DNA of 64,000 nucleotides from the NCBI RefSeq assembly GCF_001194135.2, contig NC_068999.1:50991456-51055455 (forward strand), given 5' to 3'. The stretch is from Octopus bimaculoides (Eukaryota). This document shows positions 14,428 to 28,560 of this stretch, one piece after another. The translations under genes and the position numbers were made by a program. The notes beneath the pieces are model-generated. The model was given only the letters and a program-made list of their open reading frames with translations, made no database searches and was not told the DNA's origin. How positions within the stretch are numbered: the stretch's first letter is position 1; the number at the start of each line of letters is the position of its first letter.

Positions 14428-14807
14428 TTGGCACTCCGTCGGTTACGATGACGAGGGTTCCACTTGATCCGATCAACGGAACAGCCTGCTCGTGAAATTA
14501 ACGTGCAAGTGGCTGAGCACTCCACAGACACGTGTACCCTTAACGTAGTTCTCGAGGAGATTCAGCGTGACACAGAGTGTGACAAGGCTGACCGTTTGAA
14601 TTACAGGTACAACAGAAACAGGAAGAAAGAATGGGAGAAAGTTGTGGTGAAAGAGTACAGCAGGATTCGCCACCATCCCCTGCCGGAGCCTCGTGGAGCT
14701 TTAGGTGTCTTCGCTCAATAAACACTCACAACGCCCAGTCTGGGAATCGAAACCGCGATCCTATGACCGCGAGTCCACTGCCCTAACCACTGGGCCATTG
14801 CGCCTCC
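14428..14807 (-). mobile_element. SINE-C (tRNA-derived), full length
   Basis: Minus-strand head ggaggcgcaatggcccagtggttagggcag... with A-box TGGCCCAGTGG and B-box GGTTTCGATTCC. Highly similar to the copy at 44218-44589 along its length. Confidence 0.92.
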
Positions 14808-15764
14808 CTCCAAATTATATCTCTCTATAATTACGCGTTATTTTTAAACACTTTCCATTAAATACATAACATGCATTAAATCACTGATATGATTTTTTTA
14901 ATGTTTTCTAGTATGCATTGAGTTTGCCCTCAAGTTATATGCAATATTTTAATTATCGGGTTGCAATTAAAGCGGGCAACATGTCTTCGAAAGAATTTTC
15001 CTTAATCACCTTTCATGAATCCGAATAATAAATTTCAATATATCATGAGAAATCTCATGACACTGCGAATGACAGCAATTAAGGAAGATTTAATTAGTTA
15101 ATTGATTAATTAGGGTACTGGTCGGAATTATATGAGCGGGATTGGCTTCTATAATGACATAAGAAACAAACTACACAGTGTACATGTATGAATGTGTTAA
15201 TATATGTATCTATGTATGTATGTATGTATGTATGTATGTATGTATGTATGTATGTATGTATGTATGCATGTTTGTATGTACATATTTATCTATGTATCTC
15301 TGTCTCATTATATATATATATATGATATGCATATATACATACACAAACACAAACACACACACACACATGGATACGTATAAATGGATATATACACGGACAT
15401 AAACGCACACACTCACACACGCACGCACGCACACACACACACACACACAAACACATATATATCTATCTATCTATATATATATATATATATATATAGCATT
15501 TATATTTCTCGACAAGTCTTACCTTGTAAAGCATATATGTGTGCATACACCATTCTTAAAAAAATTGTTCCAAATAAATCCTTTAAAAGGCATACATAAT
15601 TGTTTGTCATAGATATCTTGTATTATATGTTATACGTAGATTAGAATTAATAAGCTAATTAGATAGCTTAAATAATTTCAATAAGGTCTTGCTTTCACAT
15701 ACGTACATCTAGTAATTACGTGTGAAACGAGATTCATATTTCTTCAACTAGCTAGCAATACAAC

Positions 15765-15834
<70 letters not shown>

Positions 15835-15874
15835 TGATGATGATGATAATAATAATAATGATAATGATAATAAT
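15765..15874 (+). repeat. (TAA)n/(TGA)n microsatellite abutting the R4/Dong element
   Basis: Long TAA run with a few TGA variants. Confidence 0.95.
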
Positions 15875-15877
15875 TAA

Positions 15878-16420
15878 GTGGGGGCTATAGAAAGGCAAGG
15901 TGTGGTATGTGCAAAACCACTGAGAGTGGCGGAGTCAGAGACTAGGAAAATTCTTTGGGATTTCCCAATCCAAACAGATCAGGTGCTAGAGAATTACAGA
16001 CCAGACCTAGTGGTGGTGGACAAGGTGCACCACATATGATATATAGTTGATGTTGATGTTGCATACCCCTTTGACCCACGAATATTCAAGAAGGAAGGCA
16101 AAAAAGAAAATAGATACAACCCTCTTAAGTACGGAATAGCTCGGCCATGGAAAATGAAGAAGGTGAAGATTGTGCCAATTATTGTTGGGTCCTTAGGAAG
16201 AGTATCAAAAGGCATCAAGAGGAATATAAAGGAAATTGGAATAGAGTGCCCAGTAGAACTGTTACAAAAGGTTTACCTCCTTGCCACTGACACAATAATC
16301 AAGAAAGTATTAGTTGAAAAGAACGAATAGCATGGTACCGTGGGGTGCAGGTCGTAAGCCCGCTACGCATACAAGACTCCAGGAGTTCAAAAAAATCCTG
16401 TGATAAAGTGAAAGTAATAA
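15878..16420 (+). mobile_element. 5'-truncated R4/Dong-type non-LTR retrotransposon: restriction-like endonuclease (RLE) domain plus 3' UTR
   Basis: Frame from ~15913 to TAG at 16328-16330: KPLRVAESETRKILWDFPIQTDQVLENYRPDLVVVDKVHHI*YIVDVDVAYPFDPRIFKKEGKKENRYNPLKYGIARPWKMKKVKIVPIIVGSLGRVSKGIKRNIKEIGIECPVELLQKVYLLATDTIIKKVLVEKNE*. The ILWDFxIQTD...RPDLVVVDK...IVDV...K...Y...V.IVPIIVGSLG pattern is typical of R4-clade PD-(D/E)xK RLE domains. One internal stop. Not present in the ORF track. Confidence 0.9.
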
Positions 16421-18779
16421 TAGTGATATTACATATATATATAAGGAGCAGTCAAACTCCAAACCACAATTAGGAATAATTTCGAAAGGGAATTAAAAAT
16501 AAAAAACATTTACCATCTATTTCCTGAACATTGGTTTCAAGCTATTTTTAGCAAAATAAAATAATATTTTGCAAGGTCAGCTATCATCAGCAGGAAAACC
16601 ACGATTAACACATAAACACGAGGCACAGCATAGAAACATTCCTCGTGCGTATATGTTATAATATTTCATATTTACCGCGCATGTGCGGTTTTTCTTATCG
16701 GCAGCAAATACAAAAATTCTGATTTTCTTCCAGAAACTAGCCCAAAAATAGGTTTTGCGTGTATGTGTGTATGTATATATATATATGTGTGTGTATGTGT
16801 GAGTGCTATTCTATTTTACTGCGTGCGACTAGATGTGTAATTGTGCTTCTGTATGATTGTACACTGTTGTGGAGCCGGGTGCATCTATCAAGAGGCACAA
16901 CACAAATCCTTTGCGATGAGATCATTTTTAGGCGTACCTTCTGGCTATTTAGAGACAATATCTCGTCACTTTCTTGTCCTCTTTGTTTTAATGTCAAGCA
17001 ATGCAACCTATGACCCCACATTCCGGTTGGGGACTGACACCGGTTTATATTTATCCACACCAGTTAACATTTGCCGTTAGGGAGAACTCTATCCTCTCAT
17101 ATCGCTCCTATATTGTTACGGTAGCTTTTTTTTTTTTTTTTTAGCCGAACCAGACAAAGCTTTATAGAACTTGTTTCCATTCTTTTACACTAACACAGAA
17201 AACTGCCAAGTAAACAGTCAAATTGACTATGAACCATTTACTTGTGTTTTATTTGATGCCTAATTATATCTCGACAGACAGATTGATACTGATGAATTCA
17301 TTCTTTTGTCTTTGGAAACAGAGCATTACCAATGATTTGATATGGACATTGGAACTATAATTTAGAAAGAGAACATCTTATCACTACCGTCATTGTAATA
17401 TTTAACCATATAAGTAAATATGTTAGACACTATTATTTAATTACTAACTCTTGCTGGCATTTCTTATAAATTGTGTATTTAAAGATGATCGTAATTCAGT
17501 GATAGCGTTCGGAATCGCGCATTTATCTTAGTAACGTATTTACTCTGAATTGCATTTACATTGTATCAATTATTCTGATGAGAAACAGTGCTATTTGTTT
17601 CTGCTAAATTGTCTTATAATATTGGTTTTTCTTTCTTGTGGCCGAGAATGGATATTGTTTTTCTTTTCTTTTTTTCGTATCTTTCTCTTTCTTTTTTGTT
17701 TTCTAGAAACATTGGATACGATTGATGGATAAACATAATTGTTTCTATTGCTCTAAGCAAGTGCTTTGTCAGTACAAATAGTTAATAATAGAGATTAACC
17801 GAACATAGAAATCTCATGTTAAGGGTGATCGTTTCATTAGCGTGAAAACTTTACTATCATTTTGCTATAGAGTAAAGAGTTAGATTTGACTCCAATAAAT
17901 TTTGACTTAAAAGTAATACTTTTCAATAGATATCCTATGTGGCTAATATCCTCGGTGGCTAATATCCTCGGTGGCTAATACGGAAATTTTTACAGTAAGA
18001 ATAAATATTTCAATAAATATTTCAACATCTATTGTTTCCATACTTCGAAACCGAGTGCCATGCCACTAATATTCCTCAACTCTATGCAGTGTATTATCCC
18101 TCCTGACCATTTAATTTTCTTTCCTTTTGCGGCCCCTTGCAATTCCTGTCTATCGCTTATTTGACCCAGCTTTCGTCCTTTGTTCCCTGTAAGTGCTTCA
18201 AACAAAAACATTTCTATGTTCTATACACTTCAGGATGTAATGTAATATATTTTATACTTAATGGGGCACACTTCGGTGTTTAATGACCCAAAACACCTTT
18301 TCGAGATATAATTCGATGCTGATCATGGTGAGCTGATCGTAGATTGCACATTAGGTTATGGTCAATGCCTCGGGTCCTAATTATAAATGAATAGTTTGAA
18401 TGACATCTTGCATGTGAAGTCGCCTTTTAACAATTTGCTTTTAAGAATGAAACATAACTTGAGAAGACTTAGCAGCAAATATTATTCATATTACTTAGGG
18501 TTAAAGCAAAGTAAACGTAGTGCAACACTTTAATATGTTAAACACCGTTAATACTGTTGTCATGAGTAAACGAATACATCCAAAGCCGTCTTCCTTGTGT
18601 CACTAGATACAAAAGAGCCTCAAATAAATATTACAGAATCTATATACAGATAAGAAGGCAGTACGACTAAAAATCATCACGAATGAAAAAGGAACGAAAT
18701 AATATTCAACAAACAACACTGAAATGAAATTCCTGATCAACAGATATAAATCATCGAATAGAGACTTCCCTTTAATATG

Positions 18780-19075
18780 TACGAGGAGGTATCCAAAAGT
18801 AACCGAATACGTTCTCTGTGGGAGAAGTCAGTTGTAGTACAAGCTTCCGCCGCTAGAAACCACGTGGTGCGACCCTCAGGCAGAAGCCTACCGACCGACG
18901 TTCTGCTGCGGAGTCGTACTGTCACGTAGTGCGTCTTATTTTGTTTTTGCTGTGCTTTTCTCCTGTTCGTCAACTTTCGTGAAATTCTGTTTTTTGCTGG
19001 GGAAAAACGGCGACCGAAAGCTGCTTGTAAGCTGCTTCCAACAGGTTACAAGGACGCTGCCATGAAGAAAACACA
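18780..19075 (+). mobile_element. Mariner left end plus transposase N-terminus fragment
   Basis: TA-CGAGG..GTATCCAAAAGT TIR-like start and a CpG-rich leader, then FVKFCFLLGK...GYKDAAMKKT, resembling the mariner N-terminus QRxxxKFCFxLGKxxxET...AYxxxAMSKT. Confidence 0.75.
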
Positions 19076-19800
19076 TTGCTATCGCCAAAAATCACTAAAA
19101 TATGTATTGCACAAAGTTTCCCTTTACAATAAAACAAACATATCAGTCAGGGTTTACTACACATTTCATCTTAACAATGTTCTCTCCAGGATTGAACTGG
19201 CAACAAACTACAATAAAAGCAACTGAAAAGAAGCCAGTGAGTGGGGTGTTCAAGGAACTGAACCGTTCACGAGAATTTTGAAATGAATTTTAGAAACCGT
19301 CCATCATATAAAGGAAGAAAGGAATATAAAATCTCATAAATATATATAACCTTAGAAAATATCAAAATATTACAAATGTGACAGCAACTTCCAGTCAGTT
19401 ATGTATTGCAAGTGTCTCTGAAAATAAAATGATTGTTTATTTAATTTTATCGTATATATAAATGTAATTAGTGTTGTTTTATGTCTTTCATGTGAGCCTG
19501 TTATTGTCACAGTGTCTGTGACCAGAGAAACGTGAAAAATGATTATGCCCGTCAAAAATACTATTAAACGCTGTCCATCATTGGGAAAAGGCGACTTGCA
19601 CTATTCAGCCTCACAAATTTCGAAGTGAATGTTTATCTACTGGAAGAATATATTCTTCAAAAAGAAACGAACAAATGTATCAAAATATCTTGCTTAGTCT
19701 TTATCAGATTCAATAATTTATATACACGCTTTTTGCAAACACAAACATGCATACATACATACACATACATACGCGCACACACGAATACTCACACGCAGAC

Positions 19801-19838
<38 letters not shown>

Positions 19839-20142
19839 AGAGAGGGAGAGAGAGAGAGAAAGAGAATAAGAAGACAAATAAAATAGATTAATACATCTTT
19901 AATGATTCGTTACAATTGATTCTGTACTGACTCTACTTCTGACGCCATCTTATGCAAAAATCCGAATTGAAAATTTACGTGATGTTTATGGTTTCAAATA
20001 TTAGAGAGGAACTTCATCACATTCGCATCAAAGCTGTGCTGTAACATTGTGCGTCTTCCAGGCCTTAGGCTTGGCTTATATCGGGTGGGCACACTAGATA
20101 TATAAATAAAACAAACTTAAAAACAAAAATATATACTGATAC

Positions 20143-20143
<1 letters not shown>

Positions 20144-20202
<59 letters not shown>

Positions 20203-20223
20203 GTAGATAGATAGATAGATAGA
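20144..20223 (+). repeat. (GATA)n microsatellite
   Basis: About 20 GATA units. Confidence 0.95.
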
Positions 20224-23200
20224 TGCGTGGCCTCATGATGATGTCATCATGCTTACAGACGTAATATAACGTACAGCTGTCTATCACTCGAGGTTTAAAA
20301 TCCTTAAGGTGCAATTAGTTACATGCATACATGCGGATATCCACATGTAATTACACCTCTACGGAAAAAGAGACATACATACATAGACTCTGGTTCTCTA
20401 CCCAGTTACAAGAATTCCCACTATATACCTCCCACCAATAAGAATATGTTCGCAATCAGAATGTACGAAACCGTTAGTAATGTATTTAAATCTATCACTA
20501 TATATGCAATATTTCATTGCTGCCCTAAATATGAGTTAGATTTGTTACGCTTCCGACACAAAAGATTGGTGATATATAGAAATACAACTATTTATTTTTT
20601 TAAAAATAGACTTAAGTATGTTTTTTCTGTCGGTAATTTGACTTTTCAATTAATCAGTTTCAGTTAATTGTTCATGCTAATTTTATTGACTATGCATTAT
20701 ATGTGTGTTATGTAGCTTACGAACTATACTATAAATACACGATCGTCATTACTGTGAAGATCTGTGTGAACAACATATCATATATATTCATTTTGGCATA
20801 TACATTGTTCTTCAAATTTCATTTAATACGAAATTTTGTGCTTCTACTCTTCCGTCAAATTAAGTTGCTACTTATCACATTCCGTGTAAAAGAAAGTATG
20901 TCCTGTCCTGTGTCAGTGTTTCTATTTAATATTTTTGATACGTGAACAATTGCAGTAGTAACTAGAAATCTTGATTGACATCTTACATGAAAAGATGGTG
21001 ATTGTTTTCAACATTGAGAACTGTAGAATATTCGAGATTATAAAGGAAAGCAGTATGATGTATTGGCTTCAAATGTTTAACCACAGATACTTTCCGCTTC
21101 GGTCGAGATTTCCTCAACGTCCGCAACAAACACTTGTTGAGAAAAGTGAAGATGGATAAGTGAAGATGTGGATAAATATGGCGAATGTGGTTCAAGTGAA
21201 TGGGCTTAAACAGAGGCCGTGCCTATAAACGCATGATCACAACAGAGAGAAGGCACTATTCTGTGATTTATAGGATTCTATGACTGCCTTCAAGGGTGAC
21301 TATTCTGAGCTCGAGCCATTTTTTCAGCTTCTTTTTTTTCACTGCGTCTATTTTTTTCTTTTTCATTTTATAGCTTAATCGCTTATATTCGCTGTGTATA
21401 AAAATTATATTTGGCGGAATACTGCTTCAATCATGCCATATGACCCCTCATAACCGATTAATTTTTTTGAATTGTCAGAAAAGTTTTGCGAATTTATGTT
21501 CTACACAAGTGAATTCATACGATTAGGCAAAAATTAAAAAGCTATACTTGGTACGTGATTTAAGGGTTATTTAGCTGTTATTTCTACCACATCTCATGAC
21601 CACCTCATACCCTCGTTTGTGTTTGTCAATCTGACATATTGACGTGTTTCAATATCTTTCTGCCCATAAACACATTTAATGGTCTATTGCTGGGATTTAA
21701 GCCAAAATTTCAGTCTGTCCATATTTTTAACTGCGGTTTAATAAAAAGAGAAATTAATTTCGTAAAATTGAATTTTTTTTTCGTGGCCATGTTAATTCCT
21801 GTGTGTAGAATATAAACACGCAAAAATTTTTTACAAATTCCAAATAGCAAAAAAAATTCCGTCTTATATTTATGGGGACGGTGCTTATGCGATATATGAC
21901 AGAAAAGGCAGCACAAAGAACATTGAAGCAAACAAGCTCATGTGGTTGTGAAGTATGAAAACGAGAATAGTACGAACGAAAGGAAAAAAGCGAAAAACAG
22001 AAACATATAAATTATTTTTCCTGAATAATAGTATCCAGTAATAACGTTGCTTTATGAAGAACAAAAACAACGAATAATAGTATTACATGAAGGATCATGA
22101 TGTATACACATATACGTATTTTATAAATTTAGCTTCAAGTTTGAATCCTTAATCTATTTCAATGTGTACATTACAAACGTTTATACTGATGGTCGTTTAA
22201 ACATAGCAAGGAAACACGAGAAAAATACACATTGACACATCATAAATCATTCTAGAACCAAATAGGATCAATTAAAAGCAAAATATAAAATATCAAACAA
22301 TACAGATACATATATATACGTAGAGATAACGATATGATTCAATAATTTAAGATTGGTATCAGTATTTTGGCATTGATGTATACGGAATATACGAAAGTGA
22401 AATCCGTCACAAAAATACTGTATCGGCAGAAATAAATGTACGGGTGCATTATGAAAATCATCGAAATGAACTGGATATAGACCATTGCCACCAACAAAAG
22501 AATACAGTTAAAGTCAAGATATGCACAATTTTATAAAAAAAAAACGTACACACATATGAAATCAGTATGCAAACACACGCACACACACACACACAGGTAT
22601 TTCTATACATATACGAATATATATGCCTATACATATTTGTTCTAATAGACCAGGCATGGTTATTGTAGGGGTGAATATTAAGTGTTCTTATTTGTATTTT
22701 CTCTGCTTTCATTTGTTTTACTACTCTAAATGCTTTCTCTTATTTGTAAAAGTTATTTCCTTTGAACCTAGTAATATTCTGCGAATATATATTTGGAGGT
22801 ATCTCCGTACATATGGATTATGAATATGAAAAGTGTTGGTAAATGATATTGTCAATATACTCAGGAATCCCTCGTAAATCTAAATCTAATTTTGTAATAC
22901 CTCAATATTTTAAATATGAATTTAAATGAAGAACGCTCTAGTATTAACTATTATTTACTTAGTATAACACCAGGATAATTTTTATGTTAAAGTAACGGTA
23001 TGATTTACACTACCATTTGAGTTTTATTTTAACACATCCAGGGGGAAATCATACAAGAATCGCTCACAAATCTGCTTTAGTCCAAAGTACTTACCAATTT
23101 GTCACACTCCACACGTTAGCAGAATATTTCTAGCATTTCTGAAAACTGTATGCAAGTTCTTCATTGATTCGCCAAAAGAGTGCCTTTAACATCAATGCAA

Positions 23201-23353
23201 ACGATATGTGTACATACATGTGTATGTATGTATGTATGTATGTATGTATGTATGTATGTATGTATGTATGCATGTATGTATGTATGTATGTATGTATGTA
23301 CGTATGTATGTATGTAGGTATGTATGCACGTATGAGTGAATGTACACATGTAC

Positions 23354-23399
<46 letters not shown>

Positions 23400-23960
23400 G
23401 CATACATACATACAAATGCACTGGCATACACATACACAAACACAAACGGTCGCGCGTACACACATGCACACACACGGAAACACACAAACACACACACACG
23501 CACGCACCCCTACACACATATGTATAAATTCAATTGCAATGGCGCAGATGGGAAGTTGTGGAAATGTTATTTCCGTATTTTTTATACGGTTCAATTCCGT
23601 CTCATAAATAGAATGTAGTTCATAAAATATCCAAATTATCGGTTTTTGTATTGTTTTAATTTATTTATTCATCGTTATCATACAGTAAAAGTTTCTTTTA
23701 TAAAATGTAATAGATTATTTAAGATTCGAGAGATGTGTCAGTATAACTTGATAAATTAATACAAAAAAAAACCACATACAAAAATAACAAATTTCAAGAT
23801 AAACACACACGCAAACAATACGTATATAAAGACACGTACGATTATGAAGCTACTTACAGGCGTATACACATGTCTATTTGTATACTATTGTTCAATACTT
23901 GTGTATATGTCTACGTGTATACATATGTACATACATGCATAATACATACATAAAAACATA

Positions 23961-24000
<40 letters not shown>

Positions 24001-24004
24001 AATA

Positions 24005-24049
<45 letters not shown>

Positions 24050-27000
24050 ATGTATATATGTAAATATTCACTCACTTATCTATACATACATTGATAGATT
24101 GATTGCTTATACTCGTGTATAAACTATTGTATTTACATACGCATTCACACGAGTACGAGTGTATCATACACTAGTACCTCACACTAATTCCTTTATTTTC
24201 TTTACCTGACTCTCCAACCTCCGTTTTTAAATAGACGTACATCTATATATGTCTATGTACCTATCTGCATTCAAACACACACGCAGACACACATATATAC
24301 GTGTTCGTATATATGTATGAATACACGCACAGATAGATGGAGAGAGAGAGGGAGTGTGTGGTGTAAAATATAGATAAATATTCCTGACTGTGTGTTGTAC
24401 ATGTATATAACTGTTGCTTTAAGGGAAGAGGTGAATATTTTATGCTCAGGGAGAAAAAGTGAGAGAGAAAGAGATAGGCAGAGAGTGTCTGTGTGCGTAT
24501 ATATGAGAATATGAGCGAGGAAAATAGAGACTCAGAAAATGAAAGAAGCGAGTGTCAGAGCTTCAGAGCGAGAGATAAAGATAAAGAGAGAGAATAGGAG
24601 AGGGTGGCAGAGAGAGTAAAATTTGAAATATATTTACACATTCACTATTATTATCTATTATTTACTTTCTGGTATAGGAATGAAATATTTCTGGTAATTT
24701 AAACAATAATAAGTGTACTTATCTATCATTTTGTAATGTTTTCTTGTTTTTTGTTTTTCTGTTTGGTTTTTGAAAGTGGAAAGGAAGAAAGATTTATGAT
24801 AAGATCTATCAATACCAGTGTACGCCAGTAAAATATTGATAATAATAATGAAAAAAACAAATTTTGATAAAGCTATCAGCGCGCAACAGTAAGTATAATA
24901 ATAGCAAAAATACAACACCGAAATTAGCAATAATAATAGTTTGAACAAAAAAAACACCGTTTTCATTATCAATGATATACTAATGCCTATGAAAGTCTGA
25001 AAGTGGAAAAAATGAACGATAAAAGACATTGCCACTATAGCAAAATTCAGATTAGTGATTGAAAAGATCGTCTTTTGTCTTTATTGTTATTCGATAAGAG
25101 TTCATTCCAACATCACTCTTTCTAATTGATTTTTGTTTTTCAGAATTTCTGGATGTGTATATGAGTGTGTTTATACAAGTAATCAGTTGTTTGTATGTTT
25201 GTTGGACTGTGTATGTGTATGTGTGAGTGAGTGATGGAGAGAGTGAGTGACTGAGTGAGTGAGTGAGTGAGTGAGTGTGTTTGTTTGTGTACAATTATCT
25301 GCTTGGTGGATTTTTCAAAATGAATCAGTAGACTGTTTTTGTCGTTTTTCCTTAAAGTAATTTTCTACATTTCACACGAGAGATTCGCCATGATATCGAA
25401 ATAGCGAACAAAGATACTGCGTCATTTCATTCTCTTATTATTTTCTTGCCATTGTTCAATGCAAAATTCAGAGGTATTAACTTTACGGTTTGTCGTTTTT
25501 GATGTTATCGATGTTGTTGTCACTGTTGTCGTTGCTTTTGTTAATACTCAGTTGAGTTGTAATTGAGAGGATTCATGAGTAAATACGTCCCACCAATGAT
25601 TTTCTTATCATTCATTCGGATCGAGGATTTAGATACCTTCATTAACTAGCATGATTTTCGTTAAACTTTACAGCCTCCGTCAACTCCCCGAATGTGTATA
25701 TGATGTAATTTCAATTCTTTTATCTATTCACCCTGTATCAAATCCACAAGGATTATTCCTTGATATCAATCAACAGGCACGCGCACCGACTCTGAAGACG
25801 GTCATGCGATCTGCAAGAAATCGGAAACATATCTCTTTCATAACACACCACAATATCGTCAGGAAGGAAGATACAGTGAATAAATTATATAACGATATAT
25901 AATGTATGAAAAGAAAGCTGTTGGATCATACCGACTCTAGTATGATCCGACACTGTTGATATGTGCAGGCCTACACAAGACTGTCTGAGGAAACCAATGC
26001 AAGTAAGATTGCTTTGTCTGTGACACTAATGTTCATACGAAGGAAATATGAATACAGATTAGAACCAGTGTCGCCACGGGTGTGCCTATTGAAAGCACAG
26101 AATCGAAAGTACAAGGCATCTTACTTGAAGCTTTAACAGTTCCACTAATTCCTTGTCCTTGGCTGACAGTTTTATGTCGTTCCGAATCGATAAATTATAC
26201 CGTTGACTTCCATGGTATTTGAAATCAGTAAGGAGAAGATAGGAACAAATACTACGAGGTATTTTAACTTCTCTCTAAGAAGCCTGTCTTTCCACCAACA
26301 TATGTAGTAAAAAGTCGTCTAATTGTTATTGTCTTTAATTACTTAATTATTCGTAAAATGGCTGATGTGAAGCTTAAAGACAACAGCAGCAAATGTAGTT
26401 TATTCAGAATGACGCAATGAATCTGGAACATTACTTTGATCTATAGACAACGTTTCTCTTGGTGATAGGATTAATAGAGAAGGATTATTTGAGCGTCTCG
26501 TTATATTTGTAAGTTTGAACAATCACCTCCAAGTAACATATGATGCAAAATGGATAGTGTACTGGTTAATATGAAGTGTCGAAGAAAATGATTTATTTAT
26601 TAGAATCTATATCAAGCAAAAGGGACGGAAACCGAACTCAAAGAGATTAATGTTTCCCAATTAACAGTTTCAGATTACCCGTCCAATAAATTCACAGTTG
26701 AGATATTTCTAAATGAGAGAATATTCTTAAGAGAGATTATTGCTACTTTTGTGGTTATCTTTGCTACGTGCCTCCAAAAAGCTCCGGACCAAGTACATCT
26801 AGTGTCGCAGTCATCTTGCAGTGAATATGCTGTCTTATTTAGTCATCTGTTTTACGTGTAATCCAATTTTTTGAAAACAAAAGGAGTATGTATTAATGTG
26901 AGAAGCATATGACCTCTGCTTCTTATAACCATAATTTTGGTAGCCTTTCCAATACGATTCAGTATATCAATTATGAAGACATGTAGATTTGCTTTGTAAT

Positions 27001-27790
27001 ATCTTACTATTAACTATTAATAGGAATTGTGACTAGTCGACGTTTCATTTCCGATGGAGGAAAGCTAACATGACAGTCCGAGGTACTCATGGCGACCACT
27101 GCAACATATATATATATATATATATATATTACTAATTATAGCCCTTCACTAAAATTAGATTTTTACAGATAATTGGAAAAATAATGAAGATACTATTTAT
27201 ACTATCGTATGTGCATTATATATTATCGTATGTGAAAAGATGTAATACACTTTATAATATTGCCTGGTTGCATGATCCTGATCATTTGTCTATACCTTCA
27301 AGCTCGACAGCGACGGTATCAATTCCATATGCGTGTTTGTGGGTATGTCAATGAGTGTGTATGGTGTGTTTATGTGGCGTGTGTGTGTGTGTTGTTTTAG
27401 TATGTATGCACATATGTGTGTGTGATGTATGTATATATTAAGTTATAAGATTGATTAGTCTTTTTTAAAACTTATATATAAATGGTTTTCGTGATGAAAT
27501 TCAGAGTAAATAACGCCATATCGTTTTCAAAGAAGATATGAGAACGAGTCCCAGAGGCAGCTGTCGACTGTTTTTTATCCGAGGTTTGTTTTGGCGCATT
27601 GTTATAACTGCTGCGTTTTGTGAATTTGTCCACTTGGAGTTCCCCAATTAAAACGAAATACACACACAAGCGCGCACGAGCATACAGACACACGCACGCA
27701 CGCGCACGCACACAAAACACACACACACACAAGCACACACACACATACACACATATACTATACTATAATAAATATGCAGTTCTAGTATAT

Positions 27791-28560
27791 CTTGTCTTCG
27801 CTTCGCTGACGAAGATTAGGAAGGTTGTTGTTGACGTCGTTGGTACACTCGTTCGTGGGTGATAAGGCCGATGCGGGATCGATGTATGCAACTGCAGTGA
27901 TGAAAAGGGTATGGTTGTTCAGGGTCTGATGATGCAGTTCCATTGTTTTTTCGCTTCTGACGTTTGTCTTCAAGAGAAGCACTGCGAGAAATCTCAAAGG
28001 AGGAAACAACATCGGTGACGGTATAGCGCCAAGCGAAGCGGTCAGCTGTCAGAGTGGACTACACACGATAATCAATGACACAAACACTAAGGGGTCTCCA
28101 GTTGCGGTGGCCGGTGGTGAGTTCACCGTATACGATGATCTAAGGTAGGCGGTGGTCTTTCGTCCTGGCAACGTGCCCTGCACATCGCAGTCGTGTCTTA
28201 AGTAAAATGGCTTCGAGGCTGGTGACTTTTGCTCGCTCGGGCATCTCAATGGTGGTGATGTAGTGACTCCAGTAAATGAAGCGTTGGTGAAAACCTACGA
28301 AGTGTCTGAGATGATAGCTGTAGGGAACCCAGGACTCAGAGTCATATAGGAGTGCCGTGAGATGAGCCTGTAGACGCTCATATCTGTGGTGATCTTAAGA
28401 TGCTTGTTGTACACGCGCTTGTACAGTGTGCCAAATGATTTCGTTGTCTGTTGTCAATTTCTTTGTCGATACTCGCATCTGATGAGATGGTACATAAGTA
28501 AACTGCTTTATCACGTTTCGAGAATGGCGTCCCTTCAGAGAGAGATATTATATTTTCAGT
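27791..28560 (-). mobile_element. RTE-clade LINE, 5'-truncated 3' fragment (end of RT/thumb region, C-terminal Cys/His-rich motif, short 3' tail)
   Basis: Minus strand, 2 frameshifts and 2 stops: YLCTISSDASIDKEIDNR / SFGTLYKRVYNKHLKITTDMSVYR / LTALLYDSESWVPYSYHLRHFVGFHQR...ERAKVTSLEAILLKTRLRCAGHVARTKDHRLP*IIVYGELTTGHR...ADRFAWRYTVTDVVSSFEISRSASLEDKRQKRK...HHCSCIHRSRIGLITHER...PS*. These match the RTE/BovB hallmarks LLYGSESW, QLRWAGHV.RM.D.R.PK..LYGEL, DR..WR and SRIGL..H. Stop at 27816-27818, followed by the tail hairpin cttcg-tcag-cgaag. Confidence 0.93.

Noticed and set aside
14730-14807. tRNA-like sequences at the SINE heads (also 44510-44589, 56568-56640, 4888-4975)
   Set aside because: They are multi-copy and continuous with SINE bodies, and I could not fold a proper acceptor stem or cloverleaf. 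They are SINE heads, not tRNA genes.
24658-25035. 125-aa hydrophobic ORF on minus suggesting a membrane protein
   Set aside because: The hydrophobicity follows from T-rich low-complexity DNA. No family motif or splice context.
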